A stretch of DNA of 64,000 nt from Eledone cirrhosa. Its lineage: Eukaryota. Every line of letters starts with the position of its first letter. Position 1 is the first letter of the stretch. The position numbers and the translations under genes were made by a program. Positions 52,487-64,000 of this stretch are shown piece by piece. The stretch lies in the NCBI GenBank assembly GCA_964016885.1, contig OZ024755.1:20956001-21020000 (forward strand). Direction: 5' to 3'. The notes beneath the pieces are model-generated. The model saw only the letters and a list, made by a program, of their open reading frames with translations. It did not search any database and was not told the DNA's origin.

Positions 52487-53836
<1,350 letters not shown>

Positions 53837-53964
53837 GAGAGATGCTGTGCTGAATAAGACCCGTCCCACCCTTGCAAGCAGGGAAAAGCAGACATAAAAA
53901 GATGATGATGATGATATATATATGTATATATATATATATATAAGCAGACGTAAAATGATGATGA

Positions 53965-54026
<62 letters not shown>

Positions 54027-54107
54027 TCACCATATTCATTTTACGTCTGATTTCCCTGCCTAGGGAAAAGCAGACGTAAAAGGATGATGATGATATATAT
54101 ATATATG

Positions 54108-54139
<32 letters not shown>

Positions 54140-54140
54140 T

Positions 54141-54350
54141 ATAGGAACCAGTAAGACCCCGACAGCTGAGCTCAAGCCGTTTCGACGGCTAATTCTGGAC
54201 TAAAATGATTTTAGTCCAGAATTAGCCGTCGAAACGGCTTGAGCTCAGCTGTCGGGGTCTTACTGGTTCCTATTACCCACTCTACTACCTCAAGTATTGA
54301 GTACTTTGGTGCGTTATGGTCCACCTGGTTCCTTACCACATTTCCTTCGT
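54141..54350 (+). mobile_element. Fold-back insert (family C) with perfect 66-bp arms and the 3' half of a hammerhead, in (TA)n
   Basis: Arms 54141-54206 / 54208-54273; GUC-GAA-ACGGCU ugagcuc AGCUGU-C-GGGG at 54228-54257; unique tail to 54350. Confidence 0.65.
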
Positions 54351-56759
54351 TATATATATATATATATATATATGTATATCATCATCATCATTTTACATAT
54401 GCTTTTCCCTGCTTGCAAGGGTGGGACGGGTCTTATTCAGCACAGCATCTCTCCACTTGTCACGGTCCTTCGTCTAGGAAAGGCATCCAACCGTAGAAAC
54501 CAAGCCAAAACAGTTCTGTATGAGCAAGACACAGTCACCTGATCTAACTTGTCTCACAGTGGGACTTGTCTAACCCATGCTAGTGTGGAAAATGGACATC
54601 AACAGTTATTAGGATGATGAGCCATTGGTACATTTAACAGAGCCCACTCCCTTGCAAGCATTTGTACTATGTCTCTAGTTTAGGGATACCTTGTCTCACC
54701 TCCCCTCAGTCTTGGAGGGTCTGAGAAAATTGAGGGATATTGTCCTTCCCTCCCTCATTAAACAGCAAAAGAAAAAAAAAGATGTTAAAATATTTCACTA
54801 GGTTGCTTCGTTATTTCACTGTTAACTCAGAATTTCTTCCTCTCTCTTGGGGATATTTCTGATTTTGAATAAATACTGTTATAATATCACAGTTTTCTGC
54901 TGAGGGTTCCACCTTTACCTTTTCCAGATGGATAAGATTCCTAAGGTTTGTAGAGAAGGAAAGGAGGGATATGACAGCAGCTTCTCCACTAGTGTTCCAA
55001 TGATATTAATGGTGGTATGTGAAAATTGCATCAATAAAATATCCAAACCATATGATGGATCATCCTAGATCATTCATCATTCATCATTTCATTTTACGTC
55101 CGCTTTTTCCCTGCTTGCAAGGGTGGGACGGGAACTGATTCTGGCTTGATTTCTACAGCTGGATGCCCTTCCTAACACCAACCTCATTTACAGTGAGTGC
55201 TGGGTGCTTTTTTGCAGTGGCACCTGAACGACCACTTTGCAGTGGAATGATAGGGACCCCAATCCCTATCATCTCATTTCTACAGCTGAGTAAACTGGAA
55301 CAATGTGAAATAAAGTGTCTTGCTCAAGGAAACAACATATAGTTTAGAAAAAAAAAAAAAAAAAAAAGACAGGAGGGATAAAATTGAATTATGAAAAAAT
55401 GTGAAGGGAAGGCATAAACTTTACATCCTTGGCTGAGTCATATATCTCAGTTGCTAGTAACACCCAGCTATTCCACCTCGAGTATGGCATATTTGCATTT
55501 TATATGAAAGAGACATGATAAAATCCACCCAATACATCTCAAGTGGTTGGCAAATGAATAGAGACAACACAGAAACAGTTACAAATAGATCTGTATCAAA
55601 GAGTTAATTTATGTAAATAAAGGACATCCAGCTGTAGAAAACCTGCCAGACTATCCTATACGAGCGAGACAACCAATCTTGCCCCAAGTGGGATAATTCC
55701 CGTCTAAACCCATGCTAGCGTGGAAGATAGACGTTAAACGATGATGATGATGATGATGTCTAAAAAAAAAGCTAAAATATAAAACAAAATAAAAACAATA
55801 ATAATACCAGCAACAATAAAATTTAAATACTTTCTGAATTTATTTACATAAGTTTAATATTTCAAGCATTTAAAAATAAAAATAATTCATTTAGTTTTAA
55901 CAAAAACAATAAGATGACTTCATTTGTATATCATTTCTTAAATTTCAACCTAATCTACGATTTTTGAAGGTCAAAAGCCAAATGCTGTCATGAATTTATT
56001 TGATGAAAGCAAACCAATGAATAGCTGCTATATTTAGCCTTGATATATCTATAATTTAATTATTTAGTTAGCAACTTGACCAAAACCAGCTCTGGTTCTA
56101 TGAAATAAAACCACTCGTTTTAAAGGTTTCCAATCAAAATTTAAAATCTTCCAACATAATTTTATATAAAAACATTACATTAAGTTACTGTCTTAATAAT
56201 GAAATAATTAATAATTTTAGTAAATCCCTCAAAATTTTCCGTGACAACTGAAAGTACAAGACGCTCCCCTGGACAGGATGCCAGTCAATCGCAGGGTTAA
56301 TGGTTATCCCAGTTTCTATGGGATTAAGCGATTGAGTGTATCAGACTCCCCTCTGGACACAAGGCCAGTCAATCGTAGGATGTAATACAGGATATTTATA
56401 GTTAAATAATTTAGCTGTTTATTCCCATTTTTCTTTTATTTTCTTTTATTTATCTTTACTAAAATATCCATTTTCACACGGGAAATATGGATTTATTAAA
56501 TTTCAATGTTTTGTATTATTATGACAGCAAATAATTATGCAGCTGGATTCCATTTCTAGCACCAATCAATCAGTTCTGTTAGTTGAGGGGACTAAAGCAA
56601 GATGATCTATATGGCTTGACCATGAACATAATCAACACAGTTATTGAATTAGAATTGAATTTATTTAATTATGTAGATTAATTAATGTCCTACTCATTAA
56701 CATCATAATTCTTAATACCCTACAATGATTTAGGAGAAATATTCCAAAATATGTGTGAA

Positions 56760-57442
56760 GCTGGAGCCTTGTTGGAAGTATAAGGGCCAGTGATATCATG
56801 GGTTCAGAGGCTTTGCTGGAAGTAGCAGGGCACTGTGACATCATGGAGCTGGAGGACCTTGCTGGAAGTAGCAGGGCACTGTGACATCACAGGGCTAGAG
56901 GACCTTGCCGGAAGTAGCAGGGCACTGTGACATCATGGAGCTGGAGGACCTTGCTGGAAGTAGCAGGGCACTGTGACATCATGGAGCTGGAGGACCTTGC
57001 TGGAAGTAGCAGAGTACAGTGATGTCATGGGTTCAGAGGACCTTGCTGGAAGTAGCAGGGCACTGAGACATCACAGGGCTGGAGGACCTTACTGGAAGTA
57101 GCAGGGTACTGTGATGTCATGGAGCTGGAGGACCTTGCTGGAAGTAGCAGGGTACAGTGATGTCATGGAGCTGGAGGACCTTGCTGGAAGTAGCAGGGTA
57201 CAGTGATGTCATGGAGCTGGAGGACCTTGCTGGAAGTAGCAGAGTACAGTGATGTCATGGAGCTGGAGGACCTTGCTGGAAGTAGCAGAGTACAGTGATG
57301 TCATGGGTTCAGAGGACCTTGCTGGAAGTAGCAGGGCACTGTGACATCACAGGGCTGGAGGACCTTACTGGAAGTAGCAGGGTACTGTGATGTCTTGGGT
57401 CGGAGGACCTTGCTTGGAAATAACAGGGCACTGTGACACCAC
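56760..57442 (+). repeat. 46-bp GC-rich minisatellite, ~14 units
   Basis: gaggaccttgctggaagtagcagggcactgtgacatcatggagctg at 56852, 56898, 56944... Confidence 0.95.
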
Positions 57443-57736
57443 AGAATGGTTCTATGAAGCAAAACCACCCAATTTACAGGATTTTTATTTAAATCAAAAT
57501 CTTCTGACATAATTTCATACAAGAATATATGTTAAGAAACAGAGTCTGTTTCATTAGAAATATAATCATGAAAATGTTAATGTTCTGTTTGTATTGATGT
57601 AGTCTAAAAAACCCTCGAAAGTTTGTCTCAAGCCCAGAGGCTTATTAGGACAGTGCTTATCCTACTTCCATGGCGTTCAGCAGCTGAAAGTACAAGGCTC
57701 CCCGCTAGACAGGACACCAGTCCATTGCAGGTTTAA

Positions 57737-57959
57737 CCCTTTAGCATTTAAACCGGCCATATCTGGCCAGAATTTTCTCACCTGTTTCTGTTCAAACTGG
57801 CTGGCCATAAATGGCTGCTTATACTGACATTAAGGTATTGTTCCCAAAATAAATAACATCAAAATCTCGTAGCTTTGATATTACGAGATAATTATGTAAG
57901 ATAAAGCCTTTATCATGAAAATATAATTATATATATAGAGTAATGTAAATGCTAAAGGG
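57737..57959 (+). mobile_element. piggyBac-like MITE (223 bp) inserted in a CORE-like SINE (57650-58065, -)
   Basis: TTAA TSD 57733-36 and 57960-63; perfect TIR ccctttagcattta / taaatgctaaaggg; SINE sequence resumes on both sides. Confidence 0.9.
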
Positions 57960-58526
57960 TTAAAACCCCAACTATTGGTGCTGGTATTCATTTTCAGCTG
58001 AGTATACTGGAGCAATGTGAAATAAAGTGTTTTACTCAAGAACACAACACACAACCCAGTCTAGGACATTATGTACGATCTAAAATATCGTTTTCTAAAT
58101 TCAATATTTTTCTTCTTCACTGCCAAGTACAAAGTTTGCGTAATAACTGCAAGAACATTAGGTTGGTGGGTCAGATTTCAAAATATTAAACCATCTCAAA
58201 ACTGCTGCAATTCAGACATTAAAGCTTCTACTTACATCTTGCTAATTTTGACTCCAATCCCTGCTTAAACCATTTATAGACTATAGAACACTATATACAC
58301 ATTACACATATGGAACAGCTACTTTCTTCATTCTCTGCTAAAATATTGGATGGAATCCAAAAAGGTAAAGAGCTGTAATAACAGAAGCTCACCCCTTCTA
58401 GCCCCCCCCCCCGACCAACCTCCACCCTACCCTCCTTTACCTGCTGTTATTTACTATTAGGTTCTTCTAGCTTACAAACTTTTAGCTGTTATTAAGCAAT
58501 TTATCTTCTCTTTATGCAAATAGAAT

Positions 58527-58565
<39 letters not shown>

Positions 58566-58618
58566 TCGTTCATCATCATCGTTTAACATCCATCTTCCAA
58601 GCTAGCATGGGTAGGACG

Positions 58619-58649
<31 letters not shown>

Positions 58650-58710
58650 ATGCATGCGCGTGTTTCTATGTATGTATGTTAATATATGTATATATATATA
58701 TGTGTATATG

Positions 58711-58745
<35 letters not shown>

Positions 58746-58756
58746 AGTGTATATGT

Positions 58757-58824
<68 letters not shown>

Positions 58825-59223
58825 AGCACAAAAAACCTGAAAATATATTCCACTTTGTGCAAATATTTTGTAAAAGGAAAATCTTTGCTCAACAACTATT
58901 GACGGTGTTATTGTAGACTCTCCACTATTTGCAGAAACACCAGTTATAAACAATTGAAACGGTTTTCTTTTTAATATATAAATCAATAAATAATGATTTC
59001 TACTATAGGCACAAGACCATTAATTTGGGGGGAGGGCAAAGTCGATTAAATCAACCCGAGTACGTTACTGGTGCTTTATTTTATCAACCCCGTAAGGATG
59101 AAAGGCAAAGTTAACCTCGGCAGGATTTAACTTGGCCTTTCATCTTTACGCGTTCGATAAAATAAAGCACCAGTAATGCACTAGAATAATTACTGGCCTT
59201 GTGCCAAAACTAGAGAGAATTAT

Positions 59224-59634
59224 TAATAATAATAATATTGAAATATTGTGTACAGTGCTCAGGTGCACTACAACTCATCAAAAAGTGTATGTATAGTACA
59301 TAGGGTAATGTACAAACGTCAGGAAAATGAACAGTGCTTGAGTCATGATATACACATGTGTGCATGTGTATGGAAGGGGTACATCAGGTGTAGTTTTGGC
59401 GTATTTCGGGAAGCATGAGTGTCTTAAAGGATGCAGTGTCTCGGCAGCTAACAACTGACGCAGGCAGTTTGTTCCATGCTTCAGCAACTCTGAGCGTGAA
59501 AAAATGTTTACGAAAGTCATAGGAGCTGAGCTGTGCTGTTTTCTGATTTTGTAGGCATGTCCACGTGTGTTAGACACATGGAGATCAAAAAGGTGCTCAG
59601 GGTTGTTGTTGGCGAGATGGTTAATAACTTTGTG
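59224..59634 (-). mobile_element. CR1-clade LINE 3' end (left copy of a head-to-head pair)
   Basis: HKVINHLANNNPEHLFDLHVSNTRGHAYKIRKQH; (ATT)n tail at the left. Confidence 0.9.
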
Positions 59635-59641
59635 GCGTCGG

Positions 59642-60211
59642 AGCATCAGTCTGGAACCCCTATCTTGCTCAGAACATTGACCTCCTGGAAACTGTTCAGA
59701 GATGTGCAACCAAGCGCATACCCTCCATCAGACACCAACCATACTCTGAACGCCTTGCTTCCCTGGGCATGGATACATTGAAGCTCTGACGTCTGGCAAT
59801 GGACTTGGTAAACACCCACAAAGTTATTAACCATCTCACCAACAACATCCCTGAGCACCTTTTTGATCTCCATGTGTCTAACACACGTGGACATGCCTAC
59901 AAAATCAGAAAACAGCACAGCTCGCATGACTTTCGGAAACATTTTTTCACGCTTAGAGTTGCTGAAGCATGGAACAAACTGCCTGCGTCAGTTGTTAACT
60001 GCCGAGACACTGCATCCTTTAAAACGCTCATGCTTCCCAGAATTCACCAAAACTACACCTGATGTCCCCCTTCCATATACATGCACACATCATGACTCAT
60101 GTACTGTTCATTTTCCTGACGTTTGTACATTACAATATGTACTATACATACACTTTTGATGAGTTGTAGTGCACCTGAGCACTGTACACAATATTTTCAT
60201 TATTATTATTA
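59642..60211 (+). mobile_element. CR1-clade LINE 3' end (right copy)
   Basis: ASVWNPYLAQNIDLLETVQRCATKRIP...YSERL...TRGHAYKI...RKHFFTLRVAEAWNKLP; (ATT)n tail. Confidence 0.9.
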
Positions 60212-61234
60212 TGATTTATAATGATGATGGTATATAAACATGTTATCTATGAACTGGGGAGGGGGAATACATATGTGGTTAGTTGATCTGTAGAAATAGC
60301 AGCCAAGATCTTCAACTCACAGATGGTACCTTGAAAGAAAGGAAGGACACATTGAATAATGTAGTCATAATAAAGTGTCCTTACTTTTTTTAGGATGGCA
60401 AGGTGTAATATGAAGGAGATTTAGTTGCCATTTCTAGCAGATCAATCAAGGCTATAGAGGTTCTCATGTTAGTTCCTACATGTTTATGCTATAATAATAT
60501 GGTGTTAAATGTTGCAGTATATTATTTTGAGATGGAGTACATTAACTGTATCAAAATAAATATCAATATCTACAGATCAATAGATAATCTATATTCCTAA
60601 AACTTCATTTACTTCATAAAAATGATTATTTTCTATTTTTTCAAAATTTCTTCATATTATTTGTTGTTATTATCACCAAGGTTAGCTTTCCCTTCCATAC
60701 TTATGGGATCAATAAAATAAAGTACCAGTCATGCACTGGGGTAGATTTAATCGACTTTCCAATCCCCCAAAATTGCTGGCTTAAATCAGAAACCGTTATT
60801 ATTGTTCAAATCCCGCGGTGGTTAACTTTGCTTTTGATTCTTACGGGGTCGATAAAATAAAGTACCAGTAATGCACTGGGATAATTTCTGGCCTTGTGCC
60901 AAAAGTAGAAACAATTATTTGTTGTTATCGCCGAGGTTAGCTTTGCCTTTCATCCTTATGGGGTCGATAAAATAAAGTACCAATATTTAATCGACTTTCC
61001 CCTTCCCCAATTTGGCTGGCCTTGTACCTATAGTAGGAATCATTATTTGGCAGTATTGGTAGAGGGTCGGGTGCCATGCTTTGAAGCATAGAGCTACCTC
61101 CCTTTATGATCTGAGTTCAAATCCCGCCGAGGTTAACTTTGCCTTTCATCCTTACGGGGTCGATAAAATAAAGTACCAGTAATGCACTGATTTAATTGCT
61201 GGCCTTGTGCCTAAAGTAGAAACAATTATTACTG

Positions 61235-61740
61235 TTCACACCTGTGCAGGTGCAGTGAGCCTCCAGTGAAGTTGTATCTCATACGAGGTTTCATGTTCTT
61301 ATCACTACTGCTCAAACCTGAGCAGTTTTAGCCAGCCTCTTATGAGGTTGTACACCTGTGCTGGTGTAGCCAACCTCCTATTAAGTTGTATCTCACAGGA
61401 GGTTTCTTGGGTGCTCTAATGATAGGGTCCCCAGTCTTATGTTGTTATCAATACTGCTCACATCTGTACAGGTTTAGCCAACCCCCTATGAAGTTGTACA
61501 CCTGTGCAGGTGTATCCAGCCTCCGATAAAGTATCTCACAGGATGTTTCTTGGGTGCTCTAATGATAGGGTCCCCAGTCTTATGTTGTTATCAATACTGC
61601 TCACATCTGTGCAGGTTTAGCCAACCTCCTATGAAGTTGTACACCTGTGCAGGTTTAGCCAACCTCCTATGAAGTTGTACACCTGTGCAGATGTATCCAG
61701 CCTCCGATAAAGTATCTCACAGGAAGTTTCTTGGGTGTTT
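61235..61740 (+). repeat. Complex tandem repeat (38-bp subunit gaagttgtacacctgtgcaggtttagccaacctcctat)
   Basis: Recurring acacctgtgcagg / gtatctcacagga; ~143-bp block duplicated (61410 and 61553). Confidence 0.8.
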
Positions 61741-62221
61741 TAAATAAGAAAAGCTCTCGCCCTACCATATTACTATTTTCCCAGTGACAAGAGGTGGGAT
61801 TTGAACTAAAGATATACACAAAACTGGAACAGATAACACATGACAGCCTTTCAACAATTTGTATATCATGTATACACACACACACACACACACTCACACT
61901 CACACTCACACACACACACACACAAGATATATTGGCATTAGCAAGGGCATCCAGCCATAGAAACCAAGCCAGATTCAATTTTTTCATGAGCAAGACGTTG
62001 TCATTTGATTTGGCTTGTCTCACAACGGGATAACTCGTTTAACCCATGCTAGCATGGAAAAATGGATGTTAAATGGTGATGACGATGATGATATATTTGT
62101 ACATTATATATATATATATATCCCGCCGAGGTTGACTTTGCCTTTCATCTTTACGGGGTCGATAAAATAAAGTACCAGTAATGCACTGGGTAATTGCTGG
62201 CCTTGTGCCTAAAGTAGAAAC

Positions 62222-62280
<59 letters not shown>

Positions 62281-63135
62281 GGTGTGTGTAGGTGTGGGTG
62301 TTGTATTTGTACATTTTGTGTGTGTGTGTTGTACTTGTACGTGTTGTGTGTGTTGTATTTGTACATGTGTGAACTGATATAGATTGAAAGAAAAATATTT
62401 CAAAATTACAAAAACTATCTCTGTTGTCATTCAAGTAATTTAATTTCTATGAGAAACTAACATTTAAAAAAAAAAGTAATGATTTAAATAAATGGGTCAG
62501 TGGAATTATTTTAATCCTAACTCTTATCTATTTGAAGTTAGCAGAGTCTATCATCTTGATTTCATAGATAGATACAATGATGAGGATGGTGTGGATGATA
62601 ATGATGGTGTGGATGATGATGGAGATGATGATGATAATTGTAGCGGTGGTGGCAGCAGCAGTAGTAGCAGCAGCAGTGGTGGCACTGCTGTTGTTTTGTC
62701 ACCATCTTTATCATTATCATCACCACTACCACCACCACCACTGCTACATATCTCTGTTATAAAAAAGAGATGGCCTCCATTTTAAATTGATATTGTTATT
62801 TTTGGATACAGCATGGCTGAATGGTGAAGAGGTTCACTTTGCAATCATTAAGTCTCAGGTTCGATCTCACAGCATGCCATCTTCGTCAAGTGTCATTTAC
62901 TATATGGCTTTGTTAGTAAAATTGGGTAGACTGAAACTGTTTGGAAGCCCATCAGATGGGCTGTTTCTATAATGTAAATGACCAGTCATGTCACACATTG
63001 TGTCATGCTGAATCTCCCTGAGAAGTATAAATAAATTCTAGCTGTCTGATGAGGTCATAGCTGTTGTCACCGAAATATATATAACAGCGAATATTGTTGA
63101 CTTACATTCTTGTTTATATATATATATATGTATAA

Positions 63136-63266
63136 CAGACCTCAGATCATTGAAGCTCACGGTGGAGATGACGAGGGACCGTGACGAGTGGAGAGATGCT
63201 GTGCTGAATAAGACCCGTCCCACCCTTGCAAGCAGGGAAAAGCGAACGTAAAATGATGATGATGAT
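63136..63266 (+). mobile_element. RTE LINE extreme 3' end with (GAT)n tail
   Basis: [36 protein letters not shown]; shorter copies 53834-53913 (+) and 54378-54470 (-). Confidence 0.8.
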
Positions 63267-63523
63267 ATATATATATATATATACCTTCTATCCTCCCATA
63301 CTGTAGATTATGTATTGCTTCAGTATTGCTTCAGGATTTCTAAGATGTTTTATATGTAAAAAAAGAAATTAAATTATTGAAAATATTTTTCATAATTTGA
63401 CGATAAATATTTTACCTTTAAATACAAAAGAATAACATTTGTAGATAATATTTTTTTTTTAATTTATTTTACCACTTGATCAATGTTTAATATTAACTTT
63501 TGTTTGTCTTCTTTTTTATTCAG

Positions 63524-63647
63524 ATAAACACTGCTCCTATAAATTCTGAGAGAAACAAAATGGATGGCTTTACTTTAGTTTCTTTAGCTTATCTTAATTG
63601 TCAGACATCTTGAAGAGTTATTTCATGGCAACCATGTCAGGTTTTAG
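63524..63647 (+). other. Candidate spliced exon (5' UTR with uORF and possible start MATMSGF..)
   Basis: Strong acceptor ttttgtttgtcttcttttttattcAG and donor AG|GTAAGT; all three frames contain stops before ATG 63625; unique, non-repeat sequence. Confidence 0.5.
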
Positions 63648-63846
63648 GTAAGTTACAACCTCATTTCTATTGCTGAGAGTTTATTTGTTACTCAGTAATT
63701 TCAAATTTCACTTTTGAAAATATTCAGTACTTTGTTTTTTAAATGTTCAAATATTTCAGTAAATAACTTCTTTAAGCATTTGAACTTTGACACCTTGTCA
63801 TGTGTACAGTCTCAAACTATGGGCGTCCACATGAGAATCATTGGAA

Positions 63847-63891
<45 letters not shown>

Positions 63892-64000
63892 AATTAAATA
63901 TGAAAAAAAAAGTAGTTAATAAATGTATGAACTTGATATAAAAAACAAACAAACAAATAAGCCATTCACCAGTGCTGATATTATATGTCGTATAACTAAC

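Noticed and set aside
56760-57442. CRISPR-like or coding repeat
   Set aside because: Head-to-tail 46-bp units without unique spacers; period not divisible by 3

Overview
Eukaryotic, AT-rich, repeat-dense non-coding DNA. The tRNA-derived SINEs, (GAT)n-tailed RTE ends, TTAA MITEs and (TA)n tracts look like an octopus/cephalopod genome; this is an inference from remembered repeat motifs. No intact protein-coding gene is present: nearly all long ORFs are microsatellite artefacts or LINE/transposase relics. One credible exon (63524-63647, +) suggests much of the window is a long intron. Recognisable elements are a DD37D/maT transposon remnant, RTE, CR1 and CRE LINE 3' ends, two SINE families, piggyBac-like and hAT MITEs, and several TE-derived tandem arrays, including a 3.7-kb 48-bp satellite built from a MITE terminus. 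The most notable signal is about 14 minimal type I hammerhead ribozyme motifs (intact or degenerate) plus two half motifs, from several unrelated families. Most have a palindromic stem III, many have a downstream AATAAA, and they sit in short non-coding inserts that often lie in (TA)n tracts and form fold-back palindromes. This is the pattern expected for Penelope-like retroelement pseudo-LTRs or non-autonomous ribozyme-bearing retroelements. All coordinates and folds were read by eye.
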